Positions 1-10,236 of a DNA stretch of 64,000 bases are shown piece after piece. This DNA is from Candidatus Dadabacteria bacterium (GTDB taxonomy: Bacteria > Desulfobacterota_D > UBA1144 > Nemesobacterales > CSP1-2), in contig CAWDVW010000006.1 in assembly GCA_963805855.1 (NCBI GenBank), positions 32,001 to 96,000 on the forward strand, given 5' to 3'. Numbering within the stretch: position 1 is the stretch's first letter; each line of letters opens with the position of its first letter. A model generated the notes under the pieces. That model was not told where the DNA came from. It saw nothing but the letters and a program-made list of their open reading frames with translations, and did not search any database. The translations under genes and the position numbers were made by a program.

Positions 1-1407
1 GGAAAGGCCTGGCTGGAGATGTCAAGCAGCACGGGAAGCTCCGGTATCCTTGGAGTGGGTGGGATGGATGCCGATCCAAACAGGTTTGAAAATGCGAGGA
101 ACGTTGTAGAGGATTATTTAATCGATAATTACGAGTCCGAAGAAAAGGCGGGCTCGAGTGAGATAATTCCTCTGCCAAAAAAGGTTATCGCTGCAAATGG
201 CAATTTAGAGATCGCTCCTTGGTTACCTCCCGGAACCGATTTAAACGATCAGGATCCCCTGCCGCGTCTTGTACTTAATTTCGAGGAGAGGGGTCTGGAT
301 GAAAAGGATTTATTCTTGGTTGCCTATGGTGATATGTTGTTTGACTCCCCTGAAATATTTGGAGAACCTGCAAGGAACCTGGGTATAGCTTGTTCTACCT
401 GTCATAATCGGGGTGACATTAATAAACGGTTCCTAATTCCGGGTATAAGCCAAGAACAGGGTTCAGTGGATGTAGATGGCCACTTTTTTAATCATCGGTT
501 TAATGATCACAGGAGCGATGCTCTTGATATACCAAGTCTAAGGGGTTTGCGCTTTACGGCTCCATACGGTAGGGACGGCAGATTCACAAGCCTCAGGGAT
601 TTTGTACGAAACGTTATTGTGAACGAATTCAGTGGTGACGAGCCGACACCATTGATGCTAGATGCCATGGTGGCATATATGTTCGAATTCGACTGGCTTC
701 CCTCAACTTATTTGAATCCGGACGGCACATTGAATGACAATGCATCGGTCGAATCTAAACGAGGGGAAGTAATCTTCAATACGCCCTTTAAAGGAATGGG
801 TGGTCGAGCATGCAGTACATGCCATATACCTAGCGCTAATTTCATGGATGGTTTGAGGCACGATATTGAATCAGGGAAACCCGCCAGTCCAGGCGCTCGT
901 GACAGTTTTTTCGATACCCCCACACTTATAAACATTAAATATACCTCTCCTTATTTTCATGACGGGTCTTTAGAATCGCTTTCGGACGTTGTGGATTGGT
1001 TTGACGAGCATCATCATCTCGGGCTTTCAAAAAAGCAGAAATCGGATTTAGCTTCATACCTTGAATCTGTCGGGACGGGAGGAGAACCATTTGAGGTATT
1101 CGACGAAAAGAACACGCGCTTTTTGATGGACTGGAAGGAACTTTCTACCTTTGTAAGCACGTTAAATACACTAATACCAGCCCAAGATAAGTTTCACACC
1201 GAGCTTCTCCTAAAAACGGTATCGAGCGATCTGAGAGTCGATGCAATTGGCTTGCAAGACCTTGGTCAGGCCCCAAAGGTGTATGCCCTGTCTGAAAAAT
1301 TAGAAGAAATACTCGATGCCGTAGAAGCAAACGATTGGAATAGTTGTACAGGACTTTGGACCGAATATCAGGAAATGGAAAAAGAGTACGGTTCTCAACT
1401 TAAGTGA
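1..1407 (+). CDS. Di-haem cytochrome c peroxidase/MauG-superfamily protein, probably 5'-truncated by the window edge
   Basis: Two CxxCH motifs (IACSTCH, ACSTCH); CCP/MauG-type segments IPSLRGLRFTAPY and TPTLINIKYTSPYFHDGS; frame is open from base 1, so the true start may lie upstream. Confidence 0.8.
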   Translation, partial: GKAWLEMSSSTGSSGILGVGGMDADPNRFENARNVVEDYLIDNYESEEKAGSSEIIPLPKKVIAANGNLEIAPWLPPGTDLNDQDPLPRLVLNFEERGLDEKDLFLVAYGDMLFDSPEIFGEPARNLGIACSTCHNRGDINKRFLIPGISQEQGSVDVDGHFFNHRFNDHRSDALDIPSLRGLRFTAPYGRDGRFTSLRDFVRNVIVNEFSGDEPTPLMLDAMVAYMFEFDWLPSTYLNPDGTLNDNASVESKRGEVIFNTPFKGMGGRACSTCHIPSANFMDGLRHDIESGKPASPGARDSFFDTPTLINIKYTSPYFHDGSLESLSDVVDWFDEHHHLGLSKKQKSDLASYLESVGTGGEPFEVFDEKNTRFLMDWKELSTFVSTLNTLIPAQDKFHTELLLKTVSSDLRVDAIGLQDLGQAPKVYALSEKLEEILDAVEANDWNSCTGLWTEYQEMEKEYGSQLK

Positions 1408-1425
1408 TTAAATGGAGAGAAAGAG

Positions 1426-2319
1426 ATGAAAAGAGCGATGAAGATTTCATGGTGTTGTCTTTTATTTTTATTCGCTTTCTATTTTTGTTTCTCAAAGGCT
1501 GACGCTGTGTCTGATTTGGAAAAGGGAAAGCCCTTGGTGCTTGCGTTTATACCGCAGGAAAATCCTGAAAAACTGATTGGAGACATCAAGATTATTACTG
1601 AGTATCTTAAAAAAGAGATTGGTATACCGGTTAAGGGGTTTGTGACCCAGGATCACGCAGCGGCTGTGGAAGCCCTTAGGAACGGTGACGCAGATATATC
1701 CTTTATGGGTGGATTACCCTATGTCCTTGCTCATGACCAGATCGGGGCAGAGGTTATTCTATCCGAGTTGTACAGGGGAAGTCCCACATATCGGGGTCGG
1801 ATCTTCGTCAGAAGAGATAGCGGCATAAAAAAACTAGATGATCTTCGCGGCAAGAGCATTGCCTTTGCGGATCCCATATCCGAGTCCGGCTACATCTATC
1901 CGCTTGACGTGTTTGTGCAGGCCGGGCTTTTCAAACCCACTGATGACCCTCAGAAATTCTTCGGGACTGTGTATTTTGCGGGCGGTTATCAGCAGGCGAT
2001 TCAGGCTGTGGCGAATGGTTTGGTGGATGCAGCGGGATCCAGTCAATTTGCCGACTTGCTTTTAACTCCCAATCAACTGGAAAAGGTCACCTGGATAGCC
2101 GAGTCAAAGCCGATACCTTCTCACCTGGTCTGCGCCCGAAAGGATTTGGATGAGCGGAAAAAAGAGGCTTTTAAGAAAGCTATGTTGAAACTCAATCTGC
2201 CAGAATATAAACATCTTCTCAGGCATGTCTATAGCCCCGACGGTTACATCGAGGCTAATCACGGGGATTACGAGTCGGTTGAGGAGATGGCCAGGCTATA
2301 TGGATTCCTTAATAAATAG
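1426..2319 (+). CDS. phnD: Phosphate/phosphite/phosphonate-family ABC substrate-binding protein (PhnD-like)
   Basis: Signal peptide; FIPQE, AVEALRNGDADI and IAFADPISESGY motifs of the PhnD/PtxB family; ligand uncertain. Confidence 0.8.
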   Translation: MKRAMKISWCCLLFLFAFYFCFSKADAVSDLEKGKPLVLAFIPQENPEKLIGDIKIITEYLKKEIGIPVKGFVTQDHAAAVEALRNGDADISFMGGLPYVLAHDQIGAEVILSELYRGSPTYRGRIFVRRDSGIKKLDDLRGKSIAFADPISESGYIYPLDVFVQAGLFKPTDDPQKFFGTVYFAGGYQQAIQAVANGLVDAAGSSQFADLLLTPNQLEKVTWIAESKPIPSHLVCARKDLDERKKEAFKKAMLKLNLPEYKHLLRHVYSPDGYIEANHGDYESVEEMARLYGFLNK

Positions 2320-2330
2320 AGGAGCTTTAG

Positions 2331-3182
2331 ATGGAAGTAATCATAAATGCAGAGGGTACAATAGAAAGTTCTCAGGATAAAAAGGCCTCAAATGCAGTTT
2401 CGATGAAGGATATAAAGGTTCGCTATACCCGAAGCGGTCCTGTAGTACTAGACATAGAGCGGCTGGATATACATAAAGGGGAGCGAGTTTCTATAATTGG
2501 TCCGAGTGGTGCGGGCAAGACGACACTTTTGCGGTTGATCAATGGTTATGTTAACCCAGAATCCGGCCACATAAAGATTTTTGAATACAATAACGATATG
2601 GGATCAATCCGACAGGGAAATCTCAGGCGCAGGATAGGCTTTATCTTTCAGCATTTTAATTTAATCGACCGCGCTACAGTTTTTGAAAACGTATTGTGGG
2701 GCAGATTGGGGATCGTTAACCCCTTTCTAAGTGTATTCGGATGGTTTCCGCAGCGGGATAAGAAAGCGGCTATGAGAGCGATAAAGGAGGTAAATCTCGA
2801 AGAACAGGCAGGTCAGCGAACCGATACCCTGAGCGGAGGGCAGTTGCAAAGGGTTGCGATCGCAAGGGTATTGGCTCAGGAGGCTGAGATCATCTTGGCA
2901 GATGAACCTGTCAGCAATCTCGATCCCTCATTGGCTGATGATATTCTTGGATTGCTTGGAGAGGTTAGTAGCAGGCATGGGGTTACGCTGATAATGAATC
3001 TTCATCAACCCGCCCTTGCACAGCACTATGCCGACCGCATCATTGGATTGAGGGAAGGAAGGATCGTCTACGATAATGAAGCAAGGTTTCTACAAGCTGT
3101 TTCCCTTCGCTCTATCTTTGACCCCGGGATAAACATATCTCAAATGTTTAGTTCAAATGTACAAGAAAAACCTTCCTATTGA
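2331..3182 (+). CDS. phnC: PhnC-like ABC ATPase
   Basis: Walker A GPSGAGKT, signature LSGGQ, ILADEPVSNLDP, NLHQ. Confidence 0.88.
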   Translation: MEVIINAEGTIESSQDKKASNAVSMKDIKVRYTRSGPVVLDIERLDIHKGERVSIIGPSGAGKTTLLRLINGYVNPESGHIKIFEYNNDMGSIRQGNLRRRIGFIFQHFNLIDRATVFENVLWGRLGIVNPFLSVFGWFPQRDKKAAMRAIKEVNLEEQAGQRTDTLSGGQLQRVAIARVLAQEAEIILADEPVSNLDPSLADDILGLLGEVSSRHGVTLIMNLHQPALAQHYADRIIGLREGRIVYDNEARFLQAVSLRSIFDPGINISQMFSSNVQEKPSY

Positions 3183-3975
3183 AGGTGGAATCCAGGGACT
3201 GGATTATCCGCGCCCAAGACTAATCGATAGTATCTGGCGTGCAGGCGGTATATTATTCTTGGTAATTCTTATAGCCTGGGCATGGTCAGGTACGGATTTT
3301 AATGTTAAAAAGCTTCTCAGCAGTATGCCACGCATGGCGGATTTTTTCGGCCGGATGGTTCCACCCGATATGAGCGTTGCAAAAACGGTATTTGTTTCAA
3401 CTGGTGAGACGGTGCAGATAGCGTTGTTTGGAACCTTCATCAGCGCTGTAGTATCATTCTTCTTCGGCCTTCTTGCGGCAGAGAATATTTCGCCGCGCTG
3501 GGTTAGTCAACCGATCAAGTGGTTTTTGGCAGTCCTTAGGGGTATTCCAGTAATCCTGTTGGCTCTTATGTTTGTCAGTACAGTAGGGTTGGGACCCTTT
3601 CCGGGTGTGTTAGCGATAGCTTTCCATTCCACCGGCATGTTAGGCAAGTTCTATGCTGAGGCGATTGAGAACGCCAGGAGTGGGCCTCTGGAGGCCCTTG
3701 ATAGCGTCGGTGCAAACCTCTGGCAGAGGATGCGTTTCGGAATTCTGACACAGGTCGGCCCCGATCTGGCAAGAGACACTTTGTTTAGGTTTGAATTAAA
3801 CCTTCGTGAGTCGTTAGTCCTGGGGCTTGTTGGAGCAGGCGGAATTGGTTTCTATATTTTACTCTACATACGTGCATTTCAATATGAGAAGGTCGCAACG
3901 CTTACGGTTGTAGTTCTTCTGATGGTAGTTATTGTTGAGCAAATAAGCGTTGCTGTGCGGAGGAGTCTGAGATAG
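3157..3975 (+). CDS. phnE: PhnE-like ABC permease
   Basis: Multiple TM segments; GMLGKFYAEAIE and RFELNLRESLVLGLVGAGGIG motifs; overlaps phnC. Confidence 0.88.
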   Translation: MYKKNLPIEGGIQGLDYPRPRLIDSIWRAGGILFLVILIAWAWSGTDFNVKKLLSSMPRMADFFGRMVPPDMSVAKTVFVSTGETVQIALFGTFISAVVSFFFGLLAAENISPRWVSQPIKWFLAVLRGIPVILLALMFVSTVGLGPFPGVLAIAFHSTGMLGKFYAEAIENARSGPLEALDSVGANLWQRMRFGILTQVGPDLARDTLFRFELNLRESLVLGLVGAGGIGFYILLYIRAFQYEKVATLTVVVLLMVVIVEQISVAVRRSLR

Positions 3976-4100
3976 CTTGAATCTTACCAATTCTCATCAG
4001 GACTCCTTTTCTGGTATTGTTATATGCTAATCTAAATATATATCTCTAATCTTAGGTTTGAGGAATGAAGTAAATTATCTTTGATCAGGTTTTTAAGTTA

Positions 4101-4718
4101 ATGATTGATGATAAAACCAAGCTTAAAAGTTACAGTTACCTCAGTAAGTTGTACGCTAGAACAGGAGCATCTGTTCTAAATCCGGTTAGGGGCGTATATA
4201 GACTGGGTCAAGAATTGGGCTTCGAAAACGGAGAGATCGACGATATTCTTAATTACATTAGTAATGAAGGTCTAGCAATCGTGTATTTAAGCGAAGAAAA
4301 GGTAACAATCACAAATAAGGGAATCGGTGCAGTAGAGGAGGCGGAGTTAAATCCGGTGGCCACTACCAAATATTTCCCGGCTATCATAGGGGTTAGGAGT
4401 TTTGGTGGATCAGATGAATCGCAGTTACCAAAAAAGTCTTATGAAGCAAGGCGTGACACTGAAATAAGGTCAATTAAATTCAAGGAATTAAAAAAATCAA
4501 CGGAGCTGATAAAAGGCTCAATGGATAAACTGCAAATGACACCGGAACTTAAATCCAAGCTAAAGGCTGAATTAATCACGATAGATGTTCAAATCTCTCA
4601 ACCTAAACCGGATGTAGATGTAATCAGAGAATGCGTAGGTTCTATCAGGAGTATTCTTGAAAATGCCACCGATAGCCTGTTAGTCAGAAGATTGATGAGC
4701 CAGTTAATGAACCTCTGA
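4101..4718 (+). CDS. Hypothetical protein, possible N-terminal winged helix and C-terminal helical domain
   Basis: 205-aa ORF filling the gap; LGQELGF...ILNYISNEGL...ITNKG resembles a wHTH. Confidence 0.6.
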   Translation: MIDDKTKLKSYSYLSKLYARTGASVLNPVRGVYRLGQELGFENGEIDDILNYISNEGLAIVYLSEEKVTITNKGIGAVEEAELNPVATTKYFPAIIGVRSFGGSDESQLPKKSYEARRDTEIRSIKFKELKKSTELIKGSMDKLQMTPELKSKLKAELITIDVQISQPKPDVDVIRECVGSIRSILENATDSLLVRRLMSQLMNL

Positions 4719-4753
4719 GCTAATGAAACGTTGCCCTTTCATGCGAGTTATTA

Positions 4754-5179
4754 TTATTCACCCTTAATTATTTCTTCTACTTTAATTCTAAATACCAGAT
4801 TCTTTCCAGCAAGTGGGTGATTGTAATCAACCTCTACTTCTTTTCCGGAGATGGATATTATTGTACAGTCCCCATTTATTGTCCTGATCCTAATGCCTAC
4901 CCGCGGTTCAATCTTGTTATTTTTAAAATATTCAATCGGGATTGTTCTGATAAAGTTATCATCAATATTGCCGTAGGCTTCTGCAGGTTTGACACTAAAT
5001 GACTTTTCTTCTCCTAGTGTCATTCCCATTATGGCGCTATCAAGGCACCTTATCAATTCCCCAGTGCCAATCCTCTTTGAAATAGGTTTATCTGATTTCT
5101 GAACAGGTGTGCCATCGTCGAGCATTGTTTCACAGAAAAATTTAACTGTGTCTCCAGCTTTAACTTTTCCTTCTCCCAT
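4754..5179 (-). CDS. FKBP-type peptidyl-prolyl isomerase (SlyD/FkpB-like, no His-rich tail)
   Basis: PAEAYG and VDYNHPLAGKNLVF motifs. Confidence 0.9.
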   Translation of the reverse strand: MGEGKVKAGDTVKFFCETMLDDGTPVQKSDKPISKRIGTGELIRCLDSAIMGMTLGEEKSFSVKPAEAYGNIDDNFIRTIPIEYFKNNKIEPRVGIRIRTINGDCTIISISGKEVEVDYNHPLAGKNLVFRIKVEEIIKGE

Positions 5180-5310
5180 TTATCACTCCAATTTCGCTTG
5201 GATGTTGATATTATGGAATCCATTGATTTTATTTTCAATACTATGAGATACAAGTAGTTTTTGTTGCTGCATATCGGTTGTCTAAAAGCAACGCGGTAAA
5301 TTTGATTGAG

Positions 5311-6192
5311 TTATACTAAATGTCTTTTCCTCCTCTGAGTCCTCGAAACTTGATAGATCCCAAATAATATCAGGATACCTCCAATTACAATTCCGATATC
5401 CAATCTTGTGCCCAGAATAATCCAATCGAATAGCAATCCGAATACAGGTACGAGCATCGACGAGAAGGTTGCCGTGTTTATGTCCATATTTTTTAATAGA
5501 TAAAACCAGATTGTGAAGTCTAAAGTAGAAGCTACGATTGCCGTGAAAAGGATTGCAAATATGGATTCCGCCGTCCACTTTATATTAAAAACGCCCTCCG
5601 TTGGAATTGCGAGCAGAGCAAGTCCTACAGAACCGATTATTAGCTGTAATCCGCTTAACATGTATGTGTTTTCGTTTACCATGCGTTTTTTTACCCAGAT
5701 GTTTGATATGGCCCATGAAATCGCCCCAATGATAATCAGCGATTCACCGAATAAAATTAATAGGTTTTGATGCACCAAGGTATCCCAACCCAGTATACAT
5801 AGAATGCCAAGGCATCCGCTGGCTATCCCTCCCCAATGGGACCGATTTAGTTCTTCTTTCAAATAATAGTGGACGAGCAGTATGGTCCAAATGGGCATGG
5901 TGTACAGGAGAACCGCTGATTTCCCGGCGGTTACGAATTTCATGCCATATAGCATTACCCCAAACATTATGGTTGTCTGGAATAATCCAACGAATACGTA
6001 GTCGGGCAATTTTTCTATTCTGGGAAAAGCTATACCCTTCATGTACAAAAATGGGATTATTGCAAGGCCCGCTATAGCACATCTCCATGTAGCAAAGGTA
6101 AAGGGCCCTGCATACTTAAGACCTATCTTCATTAACACCCAGGAGTATCCCCAGGTTAAAATAACGAATGTGAGGAGGGCGGTATTTAACAA
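5311..6192 (-). CDS. EamA/DMT family transporter
   Basis: About ten hydrophobic segments in two repeats; TWGYSW and LLYTMPIW motifs. Confidence 0.88.
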   Translation of the reverse strand: MLNTALLTFVILTWGYSWVLMKIGLKYAGPFTFATWRCAIAGLAIIPFLYMKGIAFPRIEKLPDYVFVGLFQTTIMFGVMLYGMKFVTAGKSAVLLYTMPIWTILLVHYYLKEELNRSHWGGIASGCLGILCILGWDTLVHQNLLILFGESLIIIGAISWAISNIWVKKRMVNENTYMLSGLQLIIGSVGLALLAIPTEGVFNIKWTAESIFAILFTAIVASTLDFTIWFYLLKNMDINTATFSSMLVPVFGLLFDWIILGTRLDIGIVIGGILILFGIYQVSRTQRRKRHLV

Positions 6193-6221
6193 TGGTTTCC
6201 CAATAAGAAAGGTTCTTTAAA

Positions 6222-7067
6222 TTAAGATGATGGATTCTCTTCGCCAAGAAGCTTGGATGGCGTAGGTATCCTTCTTAGATCCAGAGAAAATTTATCCACC
6301 GCATGTTTTTGTATGTGAGACATAGCCTCTTCTACCGAATCGGTTAGGAGTATCAGTTTAAGTTCATTTGCATTAATCGTTCCTTCTTCAATCATAGTTT
6401 TAAGAAATTCCATCAACGGTTCAAAGTATTCTTTCCCGATAAGCACCACGGGAAAGCTGAGTATCTTATTTGTCTGGATAAGCGTAATTGCTTCGAAGAA
6501 TTCATCCATCGTGCCTGCGCCGCCGGGTAAAACAACAAACGCGTAGGAGTACTTAAAAAGCAAAACCTTTCTTACGAAGAAATAATCAAACGTAACAAAA
6601 ACATCCAAGTATGGATTCTGCTTCTGTTCAACTGGTAGAGTAATATTGCACCCTACTGATCTTCCCCCTGCCTCCTTAGCACCCCGGTTAGCCGCTTCCA
6701 TGACTCCAGGTCCACCGCCTGTCATTACGGTGAGGCCTAATTTTGCCAGTTTATTTCCTAGATGTCGCGCCACGCTATAATAAGGATGATTTTCATCAAA
6801 GCGAGCAGAGCCAAAAACGGTTACACACGGTCCAACGAAATGAAGTTTTCGAAATCCTTTTATAAACTCGGCCATGACTCGTATAATGAACCACAACTCC
6901 TGTAATCTTGAATGGGGGCCCTCGATGAATCTACGATCCTCAAAGAATGACACGAATTTGCTTTTGTTTTCTGATTTCTCGTTCGTTTTTTCTCTGTTCA
7001 TTTGGTTCTCATGCATTTTTTGCCTTTCCTTTCTGAATGAGATTTTGCCAACAAATTGGTTTGACAA
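6222..7067 (-). CDS. LOG family (TIGR00730) nucleotide phosphoribohydrolase; real start may be the ATG near 7016
   Basis: VTVFGSAR, TGGGPGVMEAANRGA, FFVRK, PGGAGTMDE motifs. Confidence 0.9.
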   Translation of the reverse strand: MSNQFVGKISFRKERQKMHENQMNREKTNEKSENKSKFVSFFEDRRFIEGPHSRLQELWFIIRVMAEFIKGFRKLHFVGPCVTVFGSARFDENHPYYSVARHLGNKLAKLGLTVMTGGGPGVMEAANRGAKEAGGRSVGCNITLPVEQKQNPYLDVFVTFDYFFVRKVLLFKYSYAFVVLPGGAGTMDEFFEAITLIQTNKILSFPVVLIGKEYFEPLMEFLKTMIEEGTINANELKLILLTDSVEEAMSHIQKHAVDKFSLDLRRIPTPSKLLGEENPSS

Positions 7068-7364
7068 AACAGGTCAAATGGTTATTCTATAGGCCTTTCA
7101 ATTAACCTGGCGCCCCTGGGTTATTGCTTTGGAATTCTCAACAAGGTTTATCGGTAGCGTATTTTATTTTTAATTGCCAAAGCCAGAAATTATAAATTGT
7201 ACAGTCGTAGTTCTTTGGTTTTGATAAGTAATATACAACTTTTTGTTGAAAAGCATAGGATGGATGATAAACTTATGCTCGCTTTGTACCTACGTGAGTT
7301 GTGTTTTAGCAATGTTCCTAGTAGGTCAAAGCGCTTCTACATATAACGAAGGGAGGCGCAAAAA

Positions 7365-8204
7365 ATGAAAATCATAGTCGTTATCAGTCAGACTCAGGAC
7401 ACAGAGGCGAAGATTGGTGTTGCCTCAAGCGGGGATGCTATCGACACCTCGGCCATGAAATGGATTCTAAACCCTTATGACGAATTTGCGATTGAAGAAG
7501 CCCTCAGGACAAAGGAGAAATTTGGTGGAGAGGTAATACTCGTCACTATGGGACCAGCTCGGGCTTTGGAGGCGCTTCGCACCGGACTTGCCATGGGTGC
7601 GGACAGCGCGGTGCATATAAAAGACGATAGTTTTGGATTGTCTGATAATTATGCTATTGGTAAAGTTCTAGGCAGTGAGATTAGGAAACTTGGCGAATAC
7701 GATTTGATATTGACCGGATTTAAAATTATAGATCAAGAGTCGGTACAGGTTGGAATTCATGTTGCAGAGGAGTTAGGTATACCGCATGTCGCCCTTGTAA
7801 GTAAGATAATCCAGATTGATCCGGATCAAAAGAAGGTTACATGCCAAAAGGAAATCGATGGGGGTCATGTTGTAGTTGAGGTCCCACTGCCAGCGCTTAT
7901 CACATGTCCGGATGGTATGAACGAGCCCAGGTATGCTTCACTCCCCGGGATTATGAAGGCAAAGAAGAAGCCATTGAAAGAGGTTGGCATGGATGATATC
8001 AACCTGTCTGAACTTGGTTTAACCAGGGAAGCGCTGGGAAAAGACGGGTCTCGCGTCAAGACAACTAGTATTCGTGTTCCACAGATAGAAAGGAAATTAA
8101 AGATTATAACCGGTAAAGATAATCCAACGGTCAGGGGCGATGAAGTCAGAGAGTCTGCCGACGAGCTTCTCAGGCTTCTGAGGGAAGAAGCTAAAGTGAT
8201 TTGA
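7365..8204 (+). CDS. etfB: Electron transfer flavoprotein beta subunit
   Basis: NPYDEFAIEEAL, LAMGAD, NEPRYASLPGIMKAKKK; RBS GGGAGG. Confidence 0.95.
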   Translation: MKIIVVISQTQDTEAKIGVASSGDAIDTSAMKWILNPYDEFAIEEALRTKEKFGGEVILVTMGPARALEALRTGLAMGADSAVHIKDDSFGLSDNYAIGKVLGSEIRKLGEYDLILTGFKIIDQESVQVGIHVAEELGIPHVALVSKIIQIDPDQKKVTCQKEIDGGHVVVEVPLPALITCPDGMNEPRYASLPGIMKAKKKPLKEVGMDDINLSELGLTREALGKDGSRVKTTSIRVPQIERKLKIITGKDNPTVRGDEVRESADELLRLLREEAKVI

Positions 8205-8237
8205 TAATAGAAACTCTCACTCGATAGGAGGAAGAAA

Positions 8238-9233
8238 ATGAGCAATGGCGTTTGGGTGGTTGCAGATCTTAAATTAGATGGAACGATCAGGAAGGTCACC
8301 TTTGAGGCATTATCAGAGGCGAGGAGAAAGCTTGTTGGGAAATTGAACGGGACACTTTGCGGTGTTCTCCTCGGCTCCAGAGTCTCGGGACTTGCGCCTG
8401 AGTTAGGGAAGTACGGAGCCGAAAAGGTGTTTGTGGTCGAAAACGACATCTTAAAAGATTCGAATCCCGATGGGTACACTAAGGCACTTACAGAATTAAT
8501 TAAAAAATATGAACCAGATATTGTGATTGCGGGTAATACTAATTTTACTGAGGATTACTTTCCAAGGGTTGCTGGAAGTGTTCAGGCAGGGTTGACCATG
8601 GATGCCATTGACATCGACCTGACGGATGATCTTAGATTAAAAATCCAGCGTTATTCACACTCCAGCAAGGTGATCAGTACTCAGGAATTTCTGGATCACA
8701 AACCCATGATGACAACTGTAAGGCCAAACTCCTTCAAGCCGGAGGAAGATCCAAAGACCCCTGAGATTATAAATGAATCGATAGCAATAAATCCTGACGA
8801 AATTCCGACCCGGGTTGTTGAGATAAAAACGAAGAAGTCTGATCTTCCGGCCCTTACGGAGGCTGATAGGGTAGTCGCAGGTGGCAGGGGTCTGGGGAGC
8901 GAGGAAAACTTTAAACATATCTATGAGCTCGCTGAGGCCTTTCGTGCTGCTCCTGGGGCGACACGTGCTGCTGTCGATGCGGGTTATTGCCCTTACGATA
9001 TGCAGATTGGCCAAACAGGAAAAGCTATTTCGCCTTCCTTATACGTAGGGGTGGCAGTCTCAGGTGCGATCCAACATTTTTCGGGTATGGGCTCGTCGAA
9101 GGTGATAGTTGCGATAAATAAGGATCCGGATGCTCCGATCTTTAAGAAATGCGATTACGGAATATGTGGAGACTTGTTTGATGTGCTTCCTCCGCTTACT
9201 GAAGAAGTTAAGAAACTAATGGCGCAGGACTGA
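8238..9233 (+). CDS. etfA: Electron transfer flavoprotein alpha subunit
   Basis: VVAGGRG, QIGQTGK, SGAIQH, AINKDPDAPIF. Confidence 0.95.
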   Translation: MSNGVWVVADLKLDGTIRKVTFEALSEARRKLVGKLNGTLCGVLLGSRVSGLAPELGKYGAEKVFVVENDILKDSNPDGYTKALTELIKKYEPDIVIAGNTNFTEDYFPRVAGSVQAGLTMDAIDIDLTDDLRLKIQRYSHSSKVISTQEFLDHKPMMTTVRPNSFKPEEDPKTPEIINESIAINPDEIPTRVVEIKTKKSDLPALTEADRVVAGGRGLGSEENFKHIYELAEAFRAAPGATRAAVDAGYCPYDMQIGQTGKAISPSLYVGVAVSGAIQHFSGMGSSKVIVAINKDPDAPIFKKCDYGICGDLFDVLPPLTEEVKKLMAQD

Positions 9234-9326
9234 GCTTTTATGATTCCGAAAAATGAATCTTCCTGCGGGAAGCTACAGGGAATTTGAAAGTTAAAGTAAT
9301 TGATCTAACATCGTCCTTTCATTATC

Positions 9327-10148
9327 CTACTGTTCCTCTTTCAAATCAATCTGATGAATACAATCTATTTCGCCACCGAGAAATCTTCCGGCTATATTTA
9401 TGAAGGATTCTGAGACATCGGTAAGGTAGAATTCCTGTTGAGTTTGTGAGGGATCACTATTTAGCGAATTTCTGTCGTTTAAGATTCTCTCTATTTCTAT
9501 CGCTGTTTCCTCGGCTGAGTCTATTAATTTGACACTATTACCAACTTCCTTTTGGATCGTAGTTTTTAGAAGAGGGTAATGGGTGCAGCCGAGTATCAAC
9601 ACATCGATTCCCGATTCCTTTAATGGCCCGAGGTAGCTTTTTGCTGCTAATTCTGCAATTTTGCCCTCAGTCCAGCCCTCCTCGGCCAATGGGACAAACA
9701 GCGGACATGCTTTGGAAACTACTTCTATATCGGGTGATATGTTCTCAATAGCCTTTGTATATGCATCGCTCTTTATGGTTGAAGGTGTTCCAATCACGCC
9801 CACAATCCCTGTTTTTGTAATGCTGACTGCCTTTCTGGCACCGGGGTCAATAACGCCAATGATTGGGATTTCAAGATCCCATCTAAGACTGGGGAGAGCG
9901 ACAGCGGAGGCGGTGTTGCAAGCTACAACCAATAGTTTAATCCCTTTTGATACGAGAAATTTGGAATTGATTTGCGAATAGGTTATTACGGTCTTGCTTG
10001 ATTTTGTACCGTACGGAACCCTGGCTGTATCGCCTAAGTAAACAAAATTTTCATTTGGTAATAGTTTCTTTATTTCGCCGAGTACCGTCAGACCACCTAT
10101 CCCCGAATCGAATACGCCGATAGGTGAAGTATTCGTGTATTTTGTCAT
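9327..10148 (-). CDS. murI: Glutamate racemase
   Basis: FDSGIGGLTV, ACNTAS, LGCTHYP. Confidence 0.97.
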   Translation of the reverse strand: MTKYTNTSPIGVFDSGIGGLTVLGEIKKLLPNENFVYLGDTARVPYGTKSSKTVITYSQINSKFLVSKGIKLLVVACNTASAVALPSLRWDLEIPIIGVIDPGARKAVSITKTGIVGVIGTPSTIKSDAYTKAIENISPDIEVVSKACPLFVPLAEEGWTEGKIAELAAKSYLGPLKESGIDVLILGCTHYPLLKTTIQKEVGNSVKLIDSAEETAIEIERILNDRNSLNSDPSQTQQEFYLTDVSESFINIAGRFLGGEIDCIHQIDLKEEQ

Positions 10149-10236
10149 CGAGCTTTATCATAGCAGTAAGGGTTTACATGTCAAAGGGGAGATTAATTGC
10201 GGATTTTATGTTTTGGGGATTTAAATAAATTGATAT

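Noticed and set aside
1426-3975. Calling this a phosphite (ptxABC) or C-P lyase system
   Set aside because: No ptxD or phnG-M in the window, and the binding motifs differ
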